From assembly GCA_043228905.1 (NCBI GenBank), contig JBHGNT010000015.1, forward strand, positions 5,518,001 to 5,582,000: a stretch of DNA of 64,000 bases, given 5' to 3'. The stretch is from Azolla caroliniana (taxonomy: Eukaryota > Plantae > Polypodiophyta). A program made the position numbers and the translations under genes. Below the pieces are notes generated by a model. That model searched no databases, was not told the origin of the DNA, and was given only the letters and a program-made list of their open reading frames with translations. This document shows, in pieces, positions 27,301 through 39,935 of the stretch (position 1 is the stretch's first letter; the number at the start of each line of letters is the position of its first letter).

Positions 27301-27849
27301 CCTTGATGTAATGAATAGATTTTGGTAAGGCTTGTTCGACGCCGATCCGTATCCCCAAATGTCGCCTCAAACTCTTCTAAGAAAGCAGGAAAATTGTCGA
27401 GAAGTGGCGATGATGTTTTGACCAAAGGTGCGAACCAGCTTTGTGCAACTCTTGAGAGGAGAGTCCCGATGAGGCCAACTCGGCAAAAATCATTCATATA
27501 TCTTTGGGGTTGTAGCCGAATAATAAGTTTGATCTGATTTATGAGCCCCCGGAATCGCGCCATTGTGCCATCGAACTTGTCGGGTAAACTAACATTGGGT
27601 TCTATTGTTGAAGTGGGGTGAAGAACAATTGGAGTGAGGATTGATGAGGGGCCAAGCTCTATAGATTGGAGATTCCTTGATGTAGGAGGGCACTTGGGTT
27701 CTTCATTCTCCAATTCCATTGGAGTCCTCGCTTGGAGTTTTTGGAGAGATTCCCGAAGATTCTCATTTTCAAGTTGAAGTTGATGCATGGTTGCCAATAG
27801 TTGATTTATGTTCTTGATAGAATCTGACATGATGAGGCTTTGGAGATGG

Positions 27850-27860
27850 AAGGTGAACAA
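27850..27860 (-). promoter_or_regulatory. Putative self-priming PBS (TTGTTCACCTT on the element strand)
   Basis: Lies just inside the 5' LTR and is the perfect 11-nt complement of LTR positions 27988-27998, which start about 32 nt downstream of TATAAATA (28030-28023). Confidence 0.7.
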
Positions 27861-28204
27861 ACTATCAGACAAGTAGACGAGGCTCAATACTAAGAGAGTG
27901 AGAGAGAGATCATAAACAAGATAATAAGAAAGAGAGAGAGAAAGTAGTCAACAGAACAAGAACTGAATTATGATTCCGTAACTGGTGTTGTTCACCTTGA
28001 CTAAGGCCAAGGTGAACCCCCGTATTTATACATGTTTATGGGCTCTAAATGTAGCTCCATGCAAAGACTCATTTTCATGCACAAGCTTCTAGAATGTTCT
28101 AGCTTATGGAGCTTTCTGGAAGCTTCTAAAATCCTACATGTAGAATAGATAATCTACAATAATCTAGTAAGATAACATGATTATGTATTGGATGTATTGG
28201 TTAA

Positions 28205-31200
28205 TGTTAGGAAATGGAGTCTGTGGTGATTGCAATGCAGCGGAAGATGAGAGACTATGTGTGTGTGTGTGTGTGTAGCAACAGAGAGAGAGTGAGAGCT
28301 CAAGACAAAGATAATCAACTGTATATTACATAAGACTTCCAACAGTCACTAAGTTACAATGGGTTGGTTTATATACCAACTAAACTAGGGCAAGCACCCT
28401 TTTTGCTATTTACAAAACTAGCTTGGTATATCCATGGGCTAGTGTGAACCTATTCCTATGGGAAGTTGAGTTCGATTCTCAACACACCCCTTCGAACACA
28501 ACTTCCATTTGTTCGGTTTGAAGTTCGGCGTACATATCTGCGTATCAATGCGTACTCTGCGTATCAGAACTTCCATCTGTTCGGTTTGAAGTTCGGCGTA
28601 CATATCTACGTATCAATGCGTACTCTGTGTATCACAACTTCCATTTGTTCGGTTTGAAGTTCGACATACATATCTACGTATCAATGCGTACTCCGCATAC
28701 TCCCCCTCAAGCTCGGCAATGTAGGCGGCATGAGACCAAGATCTGATGCGAATTTCCCGAGCTTGTCTACTCCTAAGGCCTTCGTAAATATATCAGCAAC
28801 CTGAAGGTGCGTGCTGATATGTTGGAGATCGATTTCTCCGGCCTGTACGCGCTCGCGGATGAAGTGGTATTGCACTTCGATGTGTTTAGTCCGCGCATGA
28901 AATACGGGGTTGCGCGCCAAGTAGATACTGCTCATGTTATCGTAGTACAAGCGTATTGGATCTTTGATGGGAACGGCCAGATCCTTCAGTACGCGCTTAA
29001 GCCATACGGCTTCACATGCGGTGACTACCGCACCCCTGTATTTGACTTCTGTGTTGGATAGGGCGACTATCGATTGTTTCTTGCTACTCCAGGAGATCGC
29101 TCCACTGCCGAGGGAGAAGACGAATCCGGATGTGGATCGTCTATCTGCTTTGTATCCTGCCTAGTCCGCGTCTGTGTACCCTCCGAGTCGAACTGTCGTA
29201 TTCGACTTATATAAGATGTCGTGATCCATTGTCGTACTAACATACTATAGTATCCTCTTAGCACAATCGAGATGAAGGTTACGCGGATTCTACATGAATT
29301 GGCTAAGTAGGCCGACCGAATAACTTAGGTCGGGTCGCGTAATGGTGAGATAGATCAAGCTACCGATCAGTTGGCGATACTGAGTTGGTTCAGTCTCGGC
29401 CGTGCCAGAACTAGGATCAATCTTGATATTGCGATCAAGAGGGGCAGTCACAGGTTTGCACTCTGTCATTCCGAATTTGTAAAGTAACTTGAGGACGTAG
29501 TGCCGTTGTGAGATCATTATCCCGACCGGTGTCCGAATTACTTCAATACCTAGAAAGTAATGAAGTTCGTGTAGGTCCTTCATTTCGAATCTGCCGGAAA
29601 GAAGTGATTTAACTTTGTTAATCTCGGCGAGATTCTTTCCTCCGATAACTAGGTCACCACGTATAGAATGATGACTATCGAGCTATCCGACTCATTTTGG
29701 ATGTACAAAGATGTATCGGATTTTGACATCCGAAATCCAACTTGGTGAAGATACTGCGTGATCTTCGAGTGCCAAGCACGCAATGCTTGTTTGATGCTGT
29801 AGAGTGGCTTCTTGAGTCAACATACGACGTGCAGATGATTACGCGATTCGAATCCGGGTGGTTGTGTCATATACACCTCTTCTTCTAGCTCTCCTTGGAG
29901 GAAAGCGTTTTTCACGTCCATTTGATGGTGGTGCCACCCTTTCGTTGCTGCTAGCGCGATTACGGTCCGTATTGTCGTCATCTTTGCCACCAGGGCAAAG
30001 GTTTCTTCGTAGTCTACGCCGTGTGTCAGTGCGTAGCCTTTTGCAACGAGTCGTGCTTTGAAGCGATTTACAGAACCATCGACATTGTGCTTCACCTTGT
30101 AAATCCACCTACAACCTATTGGTTTCTTGTTCGGGGGGTGAGGAACGGGGTCCCATGTCTCGTTTTTGCATAACGCTTCCATCTCCTCATTCATCGCGTT
30201 GACCCATCGTGGATCATTTGCGGCTTCGGAAAGCATTTTCGGTTCCCGTATTGATGCTACCTTCATCGTGAATGCATAATGATACGCCATGTACTCGTTG
30301 TAGCCGTAGCGGTTTACGGGGTTCTTCTCACGCGTGGATTGGCGTGGCTTGTCATTTGCGGATTCTAGGGGTTTCTTCACGCCGTCCGTGTGGATGTCAA
30401 GGCCATCGAACTCACTGTCGAGATCGAAATGATCTTCATACTCCTGCATTTTCGCCTTGCCTTTGTCTAGCAGTGGACTTGGCCGAGATGTGCTTTGATC
30501 ACTTGGAGGCTCTTGCGGCCCACTCAGCCGTGTCGTAGTTGGGCTATCTTCGAACATCTGCGTGAGCTGATCCTCAGCTTCTATTCTTATTTCGGTGTCA
30601 TCCACATCGGGCGGAGTCGAAGTATTCTTTGGTGCGTACCAGGATGCGGACTCGTCGAAGACTACGTCTCGACTGATGTGAACTTTTCGGGTAGATGGGT
30701 TGTAGCATTTGTACCCCTTTTGTTCGAGTGAGTATCCTACGAGGATACATTTCTCCGACTTCGGATCGAGCTTTTGTCGTGTATCGTCGGGAATGTGTAC
30801 GTAGGCGATAGAGCCGAAAATGCGGACATGCGATAAGTTCGGCTTCTTTCCAAATAACTTCTCATGAGGAGTTATGTCGTGTACTCCTGAGGTTGTGCAC
30901 TTATTCATGAGGTATACGGCCGTGTTCACCGCTTTTGCCCAGTATGATTTCGGCAGGTTCTTCTCATTCATCATGGCTCGTGCGACTTCTACTATGTGGC
31001 GGTTTTTACGCTCAACTACGCCGTCTTGCTGAGGTGTATGTTGACACGAGAACTCTCGTCGGATTCCTTCCTTGCGGAGATACGCCGAGAACTCATCCGA
31101 AAAATATTCTTTGCCTCCATCTGATCGAAGGCAGCGTACATGCCGGCCCGTGGCTTTTTCCACTTCAGCTTTGAACTTCTGGAAGTGGCTGAATACTTCC

Positions 31201-33067
31201 CTCTTTTGCTTCATCGGATAAATCCAAGTATTTCTAGAGAAGTCATCGATGAACGTGACATAGTAACGGCATCCGCCGAAAGTAGCTGTTTGGGCTGGTC
31301 CTCACACATCTGAATGTATGACATCCAGGATCCCTTTGCTTACATTCCGCTCTTTTGGGAATGGATGACGGTGTTGTTTTCTGAATTGGCATGCTTCGCA
31401 CACGCCCGTGATCTCCTTTGCCGTAAAGTTCAGGAGTCCGATTACAACTCGTTTTGTCTGCATGTTCTGAAGCTTCTGGAGATTGATGTGGACGATTCTC
31501 TTGTGCCACAATTTTAAGTCGGTTTCGACTTTCTGGTCCTTTGTGTACATAGCCGACTTTACTTCGCTCGACTCGAGGATGAACATACGGCCTTCTCGTC
31601 TGCTGTGAGCTACGATTTGATTGCCTTTTTCAATGAAGCACCCATCGTTGTTGAAGCGTACTTGCATTCCTTGTTCTACAATCTGGCCGACCGAGACTAG
31701 ATTTTTCGTGATGGTGGGAACGTACAGTACGTTCTTGAGAAAAGTTTGTTCGCCGTCGTTTCCGAATGGGACATTCCCGATATGCTGTATTGGATGAGTC
31801 GTATCATCGCCTGTTTTGACATATCCAGGACGTTCGGGCTTCCGTAATTCCCGAAACCAATCTTCATGGGAAGTCATGTGATTGGAAGCTCCCGAATCGA
31901 CAAAGCATACACTATTAGGAGTGGAGGCGCTGGTTGTTGCAAATGTAGACATCGAGTGTGCTTCATGCTTCATTATGAACATTCCGCCATGGTCGCCGTA
32001 GTCGAAGTTCGTGGAGTAATTTGTCAGTTGTCGGCCTGCCTCACGTTTCTTCTTTCGGCACTCCTCTTCGTAATGGTCGGGTTTTTGGCAATACCTGCAT
32101 TTGACTGGGTTTTGACGATTGCTCGGTCCGACGTTATGACTCCCCCTTCCGCCGAACTCTCTGGGACCATTTCTATCCGTTTGCCATTGGTGAGAGTTAC
32201 GCTCTTGATTTTGCCGATCATTATGACCTTGTCCAAAGCGACCTTTATGACCTTGGCCAAAATTCCTTCTATCATCCGACTGGGAGTAGAGCATATGACC
32301 ATCTGGTGCGTTGCTCCTTTGCCGGGCGTGATTCTCTTTGACCAGCAATATCGACTGAAGGTCGAAGAAGGAGGGAGGGTTCTCCCTTGTGAGAATAGTC
32401 GATCTAATCGCGCCGAAACGCGGTGCTAAGCCTCCGAGGCATATCTACACTAGTTCGTCATCGTCAATGATGACGTTGATCGATCCGAGGGCGTCGCATA
32501 ACTCCTTGATCTTCAAGGTATAGCTTGAGATTGACATGTCCCTCTGTTGGATGCTATTCAGCTCCTGATGAAGCTAGAGCTTGCGTGCGGCCGTGTTGGC
32601 TGCGAAAATCTTTTTGAGATTTTCCGACGCCTGCTTCGACGTTTTTGCCTCTCGAATGTAGCCAAGCATGTGATCATGAATGCATGATGCAAGGCAATAC
32701 AACACACGGCTTGCGGCCTGCTCCAAAGTGGGATAGTCGGCGTGTGTTGGGTTGGGGTGCGTTTCGTGAGCTCCTTCAATGTAGCTCTAGTAACCTTGTC
32801 CGACAAGGTATTGATGCATCTTGTACTCCCAAGATGCAAAGTTCGTTCTGTTGAGCTTCTCTGTAGGAAGAGCGCTTCCCATCTGAGTGTTCATGGTGAT
32901 GTCTTCTTCTGTTCATTAGCTAGTTCTGTTGATCGTCGGTGTTTAGCACAACAGAATCGAATAGGTGTGATCAGACAACCACTCGCTCTGATACCATGTT
33001 AGGAAATGGAGTCTGTGGTGATTGCAATGCAGCGAAAGATGAGAGACTATGTGTGTGTGTGTGTAGC

Positions 33068-33131
<64 letters not shown>

Positions 33132-33297
33132 GAGCTCAAGACAAAGATAATCAACTGTATATTACATAAGACTTCCAACAGTCACTAAGTTACAATGGGT
33201 TGGTTTATATACCAACTATGCTAGGGAAAGCGCCCTTTCAGCTATTTACAAAACTAGCCTAGAATATCCATGGGCTAGTTGAGTTCGATTCTCAACA
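28205..33297 (-). mobile_element. Ty1/Copia element B (complete layout, degenerate)
   Basis: LTRs at 28205-28484 and 32997-33297. TSD GTTAA (28200-28204, 33298-33302). Met PBS at 32985-32996. Gag, protease, integrase, RT and RNase H fragments across 28681-32896. Confidence 0.95.
28497..28700. repeat. About 66-bp tandem repeat, three copies, in the Copia B 3' region
   Basis: Unit AACTTCCATTTGTTCGGTTTGAAGTTCGGCGTACATATCT(G/A)CGTATCAATGCGTACTC repeated three times. Confidence 0.9.
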
Positions 33298-33336
33298 GTT
33301 AAAACATATCAATTAAATACAATAGGTCAAGAGTTC

Positions 33337-33376
33337 TGTAAACGTGAGTGTTTGCGGAAGCGTAAAACAGAGAACA

Positions 33377-33419
<43 letters not shown>

Positions 33420-36400
33420 GCAGAACGTAATTTCCAAAATTATATCCAGACTCTGTATACACACTGTGCTAAGTAGCACTACTTATACAAGTCCTCTTGG
33501 GACTGACAGAAGTACCATGTACTTCAATGCTCACACGAGCATCTGACACTTACTACGAGACTATAGCTACCTAGTAGTCTATCCTATACTAGGCTTCCGA
33601 TTGGACTGCCGGTTATGGATTGCACCCGGCTTCTACTGCTTGCCGGTTCGGTTGCTCACCATCATACCGATTCGTTTCGCCCGATCCGTCTTGCTTACCG
33701 GCTCCGGCTTATTCAGCCGATCCGGTTCCGGTTGAGCTTGCCGCTCAACACTCCCCCTCAAGCTCAACCTGAGGTGGGTTCGTAGTGTCGACCTCTGTGG
33801 CAGTCGGTTCTTTCAACCGACTTCTCCTGGCGTCACTCCGCCTAGCTCACGCTCCTCGTCCGGTTCGGTCCCGTTTGCCGCGACCCCTTTGGTTCTGCGT
33901 GCCTCGACCCTCTCGGTCGGCATGTCTGCTCAATAGGCCCATCTCAGCACTCACGTTGCTGTGACTCCGGCGCTTGCCGATCCGTCGGTTCTCCCACGAT
34001 GGCATCGACTTCCGCTGTGTCCATGTCCCCTTGGCCTTCAGTCGATCCGACTCATCCGGATCCATCTGTTGATCCGAATCAGCTATCTCCGACTAGATCC
34101 AGCTCTTGTCCGAATCTGTACACTCCGATTCGACTTCCGGCTTCAGGCCTCTCACCACATCGGACCACTTCCGAGTCTTGGCCTTCTCCATGCTTCCCTC
34201 GGCTTCTTTAGCCGGTGAACCGAAATCGAATTCTTCATTCGACTCCGCATCATGGTCAGTACCGTCGTGATGACCTCCGCACAACATGCACTTCTCTTCC
34301 TGAGTGCACAACTCTTCTTCACAGCCGCTTGCTCCGACCTGTTCAAATGTGTCGACTTCTTTCGTCGACTCGGCGTCCTTCATTTTCTTGTCTCCACTTC
34401 TTCCGGCTCTCCTCTTACCGACGGGTTCAACAGTTTTTTGGCCTTTGCCTATTTTGGTAGAGACATTGCCCTTCCTTCTCCCCCTCAAGTGCGGCACGTC
34501 GAGATGCTGAATACCAAGCATGTCGGTAAAGTGCTGCAACTTGTCCGACCCGAGCGGCTTGGTGAAGATGTCGGCAACTTGCCGATCCCTATGAACATAC
34601 CGTAGGTCAACTCCACCGCTCAGGACCCGCTAACGCACGAAGTGGTAGTGCACCTCGATGTGCTTTGTGCGAGCATGGAACACAGGGTTCCTGGCGAGCT
34701 GCAGGCTGCTCATGTTATCGCAGTAAATCGGGATCGGGGACGGTACCTCGATCCGCAAGTCTCACAGCAGTCGCCGAAGCCAGATGGCTTCACAAGTGGC
34801 AACGGTAGCGGCCCGGTACTCAGCCTCAGTGCTTGACAAAGCCACTGTAGGCTGCTTCTTGCTGCTCCACGCAACGGCCGCGCTACCTATGGAGAACATG
34901 TAGCCGGAAGTGGAGCGGCGATTAGACGCATCGCCGGCCCAGTCAACATCTGTGTAACCAACAAGCTCTTCGGGTATACCTCGCCGGTATAGCAGTCCCC
35001 GGTCCTTAGTGCCACTGACATACCGTAATATTCGTTGCGCGCACTGAAGGTGATCCACGGTCGGCTTCTGCATGAACTGACTTACCATGCCGACCGGATA
35101 GCTAATGTCGGGGCGGGTGATGGTTAAGTAGATCAGGCTTCCGACAACCTGTCAGAACCGTTTCTCATTGCAGGCCGGTCCGGAGTTGGGACGGAGCTTC
35201 TTGTTCCGGTCTAGCGGTGTGGAGACAAGTCGACAATCCGTCATGCCGAACTTATACAACATATTCAACACGTAATGTCGTTGTGAGAGCAATATGCCGT
35301 CGGGGGTCCGGATCACTTCGATCCCAAGAAAATAATGAAGGTCCCCCAGGTCCTTCATTTCGAATGCGTCCGACAACTGGGACTTGACGCGGTTGATTTC
35401 GGGAAGATCTGGTCCGGTGATGACTAAATCATCCACATACAAGAGTATACATACCGGACCGTCAGAGCCTTGCCGGATGAACAACGAAGAGTCTGACATA
35501 GAGACAGCAAACCCCAGCTTACGCAACCGGTGCGTAATCTTCGCGTTCCAAGCTCGGGGGGCTAGTTTCAAGCCGTAAAGCGACTTCTTCAGTCGGCATA
35601 CCGCCGACTTGTTCATCTCCGATTGAAATCCGGGGGGCTGAGTCATAAAGACTTCTTCTTCAAGCTCTCCTTGAAGGAAGGCGTTCTTCACATCCATGTG
35701 GTGAAGATGCCACCCCCTTGCCGCAGCAACTGCCAGTACCACACGAACCGTCGTCATCTTCGCCACAGTAGCGAAGGTCTCGTCGTAGTCGATTCCGTGG
35801 GTCTTTGTGTATCCCTTCGCCACTAACCGGGCTTTGTACCGGTTAACAGAACCGTCGGCGTTGTACTTGACCTTGTACACCCACTTGCATCCGATCGGTT
35901 TACAGTGACGGCGAGGATCAACTAGGTCCCAAGTTTCGTTGGCATCGAGTGCCCGCATTTCTTCGTCCATAGCGGCACGCCAATTCGCGTCCTTTGCTGC
36001 TTCTGCGTAGCTCTCCGGCTCACGCACTTCTGTCACCTTAGTCATGTACGCATAATGATGCGCCATGTATTCATTGTGCCCGTACCGTATGATGGGATCC
36101 TTCTGGCGGGTTGATCGGCGCAACGCACCGTCACCTGGTTTGAGGCCTTTCTTGGCCAGTTCGGTTTTCGTTGCCGAAGATCCGCCTTTCTCTTTTCCGG
36201 AGTCGGATACGCACTGATCCGACTCATAGTTGCCGGTTTCGAATTCCGACATCTTCCTCTTCCCTTTCTCTTTGCGCGTGAACCGTTTTCTCGGTTCCAT
36301 TCGAACTCGACATCCCGGCTAACTCGGGCTTCCTTCGTCCGGGGGTTATAGCACTTATACCCCTTTTGCTCTTGAGCATAGCCGACTAGGATACATTTTT

Positions 36401-39033
36401 CCAATTTTGCATCCAGCTTTCTCCGCTTCTGATCCGGCACGTGCACATACGCTATGCTGCCGAATATCCGAAGGTGTCTTAAGTTTGGCTTGCGCCCGAA
36501 ATACAGCTCATGAGCTGTCACCTTGTCACCAATGTGGTTTTGTATGTAGACGGCCGTCCGGACCGCCTCCGCCCAGTAGAACCGGGGCATGCTCTTCTCC
36601 TCCAGCATTGCCCTTGCCGCTTCGACGAGTGTCCGGTTCTTCCTTTCGGCCACACCGTTTTGCTCCGGTGTGTATCTGCAACTGAACTCTCGCCGAATTC
36701 CCTTCTGCTGCAGATAACTAGTGAATTGGCCGGAAAAATATTCCTTTCCGCCATCCGACCGAAGGCACTTGATCTTCCTCTCCGATTCCCATTCCACCAT
36801 CTTCTGGAGGCTCTAGAAACAGTCGAAGACTTCGCTCTTCCGCTCAATGAGGTAGATCCAAGTATGTCGAGTATAGTCGTCGATGAAGGAGACGAAGTAT
36901 CGGCTCCCGCCAAGGCTTACACATTGTGCCGGTCCCCACACATCCGAATGGATGAGATCGAGCTTGTTACAGCTCCGGTTCCGTTCGGTGGGGAATGGAA
37001 GCCGGTGTTGCTTCCCAAGTCGGCAGGCTTCACACATTTCGGCTCTCCGGCAAACCGAAAACGACTTGTTTCGTTTGCAGATCTTGAAGCCTCCGGTAGT
37101 TGACGTGACCTATCCGCTTGTGCCACAGGTCGATGTCCGACTCGACCTTCTGTCGTTTCGCGAACAGAGCGGTGCCAAAGTCATTGGTGTCGAGGATAAA
37201 CATCCTCCCGTCTCTGCGCCCTTGCGCAATGACTTCGCCTTCATCCTCAATGAAGCACCCGAGGTGCGTAAACCGCACCTGCATCCCCTGGTCGACAATC
37301 TGACCGACGGACACCAGGTTCTTCGTGATTGTCGGAACGTGTAGTACGTTCATCAGCTTCCCTTTCTGTCCGACGTGGCTTAGAGGAACTTCTCCGACGT
37401 GCACAATTGGGTGAGGAGTGTCGTCTCCGGTTTTGACTAATCCTGGTTGATCCGGTTTCTCCAGAAAGGAGAACCACTCTTTGTGGCTCGTCATGTGGTT
37501 CGATGCGTAGGAATCAACATACCACACTTCCTCCGTTTTGGAAGTGGTCTTCTTCATTGAGTTTGCCTTGTGATTCATCACCAAGGCTGGCCCCTTACCG
37601 GCCTTTCCGGTTCCGGATCCTCCTGATCCGTTTGCGTAGTGCGAGTTTTGCCGACCATCCTTACCGGTCTTGCCGGATCCGGATTTGTCCGAATCGGCAC
37701 GCTTTCTCCAGCACTCGCTTTCCCTCTGGCCTTTTTTGCCACAGTACCAGCATTCCGTAGCAGATTTGTCTTGCCGGCCTCTGGCACCGCCTTGACTCCC
37801 CCTGCTTGTGGAAGTCCCGGAACTGCTATCGGCACGCTCATAGTGCCTCCGTTCCTGCTCTTGCCGGCCGCCTCCATTGCGTGCCGACCCACCTCTTCCA
37901 CCACGCCCACGGAACCGATCCGTTCCCGTGTACAACATTCGGCTGTCCGGGGATGCACTGGTAGATGCACCGGCATGGTTCTCCTTTATAAGGAGCATCG
38001 ACTGTAAGTCGAAGAATGAGGGGGTATTCTCCCTTTTACACACCGCAGTCCGGAACGCTCCCAACTTGGAGGACAGGCCTTCGAGACATACCTGCACCAT
38101 CTCGTCTTCGTCTACGGTAACATTGATAGAGGCGAGCGAGTCGCAGATCTCCTTTATCCGGCACGTGTAGTCTGCCACGGACATGTTCTTCTGTCGAACA
38201 TTGCTCAACTCCTGTCTGAGTTGCAGCTTCCGGGCAGTGGTGCTTGCGGCGAAAACCTTTTTCAGGTTCCCCCAAGCATCCTTCGGTGTCTTGGCGTCAC
38301 GGATGTGGCTGAGCAGCTGATCGCCGACACTGGACGCGAAGGAGTACATCACCCTGCTTGCCGCCTGTTCCCATACCGGGAAGTCCTTGTGTGCCGAGTC
38401 TGGCGCCGCATCATTCGCTCCTTCGACATAACTCCAGTACCCGTGTCCAAGCAGGTACTGGTGCATCTTGTAAGACCAGGATGTGTAGTTGCTCCTGTCG
38501 AGCTTCTCCACTGGGAGCGACGTAGCCATGCCTCTATCCATGTCTTCTATTGTGTCTGTTTTCGACCTGTTAGGGTTTTCTTCTCAAGAGTAAATGTCTG
38601 CAGCAGAGGTTCTCAACCCTCGCGCTCTGATACCATGTAAACGTAAGTGATTGCAGAAGCGTAAAACAAAGAACAACACACAGAGAGAGAGCAAGAGAGA
38701 GCAGAACACAATTTCAAAAATTATATAAAGACTCTGTCTTTACACACTATGCTAAGTAGCACTATTTATACAAGTCCTCTTGGGACTGACAGAAGTACCA
38801 TGTACTTCAATGCTCACACGAGCATCTGACACTTACTACGAGACTATAGATACCTAGTAGACTATCCTATTCTAGGCTTCCGATTGGACTGCCGGTTACG
38901 GATTGCACCCGGCCTCCACTGCTTGCCGGTTCGGTTGCTCACTGTCATACCGATCCGTTTCGCCCGATCCGTCTCGCTTACCGGCTCCGGCTTATTCAGC
39001 CGATCCGGCTCCGGTTGAGCTTGCCGCTCAACA
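33337..39033 (-). mobile_element. Ty1/Copia element C (probably chimeric; flanks do not form a TSD)
   Basis: LTRs at 33337-33750 and 38636-39033. Met PBS at 38624-38635. Gag-protease 37030-38541, integrase 36300-37037, RT 35152-36020 (LYVDD), RNase H 34490-35088. Flanks AGTTC and ATAAG differ. Confidence 0.92.
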
Positions 39034-39935
39034 ATAAGGTAGAGCAAAAACTATTATCTTTGTGTTTATGTGTTGAACATAGAGAGTTCAAGGTAACTTG
39101 AAGTAAGAGTGGAGGTGGCTTAGCCACTCGTAAAGGTTTTGGCCAACCAAAACCAGACCGATGATGGAGCCGGTGATTCGGCGGCAGCCGGCAAAGCGAC
39201 GGTGGCACACCGGCAACCGGCATCCGACGGAGCCGGTGATATCGACATCCGACGGGCCGGCGATGGCGACATCCAACAACGACCGACATCCAAATTAATA
39301 AATAAGTATATATCACATATATACACACAAAGATCGCAAGTGAGGATTCAAACCTTGCACCTCCTCGTTATGAGTTAGTAGGCTTACCACTAAGCCATGA
39401 CATTTAGTTGAATTTATATTTCTATCATTGTACTTTTACATGGAAATTCTCATACATGAGAGCTAAAATGAGTGACATGGTTATCATGCACCACATGTAA
39501 TACATGAGCGCCAAATGGCAAACATGCATTTTATGCATGTCTTGTACCCACACATGCATCATATGCATGAGAGCATCTATAAAAGAACGGATGAAAAAGA
39601 AGAAGGGTTTGGCTTTTTTTGGTTATGAAATTAAGAAGAAGAGAATTCGTTATCGAATTGATCGTGTAACTTGTTTCTTAAAATCTAAAATCAAGAGTTA
39701 AAATCTTAATCTCAATATCTCTCTCTCGGCCATATCAATCTTTCTCAATCTAAGTCAAGCGTTTAATCTTAATCTCTTTCTCTCTCTCTCAATCTATCCT
39801 AAATACTTTCTCGCTAAGCTTGGTGTGAACTTCGATCCTTCTGGTCCAGAACCCCGGCGGTTCCGCCTTGCGATCCGTGCCTAGTGACGGATCTTCACGA
39901 TAACGGGATGGGGGTGCCACGTAGGATGTACTTCA
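39034..39935 (+). mobile_element. Partial LTR-like sequence, left end lost
   Basis: GC-rich short repeats, a TATA-like TATAAAA near 39578 and a CT-rich tract; ends ...GGGGGTGCCACGTAGGATGTACTTCA exactly where the L1 RT resumes. Confidence 0.55.
39333..39403 (-). other. tRNA-derived Pol III A-box/B-box module (not a functional tRNA)
   Basis: A box TGGCTTAGTGG (39397-39387), CTCATAA anticodon-loop-like heptamer (39374-39368), B box GGTTTGAATCC (39354-39344). Stems pair poorly. Confidence 0.55.

Larger units (their letters stand above)
23652..33336 (-). mobile_element. Tcn1-like chromovirus copy 1 (degenerate, RNase H deleted; 5' LTR interrupted by Copia B and truncated by Copia C)
   Basis: 3' LTR at 23652-23983; 5' LTR at about 27863-28204 plus 33303-33336. 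PPT at 23984-23993. Gag 27198-27830, protease ALLDSGA, RT 25330-25984 (YLDD), integrase 24157-25257, chromodomain about 24030-24200. No tRNA PBS. Confidence 0.88.

Noticed and set aside
28497-28700. Regular repeats resembling a CRISPR array (also 41412-41567)
   Set aside because: Head-to-tail tandem units with no unique spacers, no cas genes, and a eukaryotic TE context.
39333-39403. Functional tRNA-Met gene
   Set aside because: Acceptor and anticodon stems do not pair; kept only as a tRNA-derived module.
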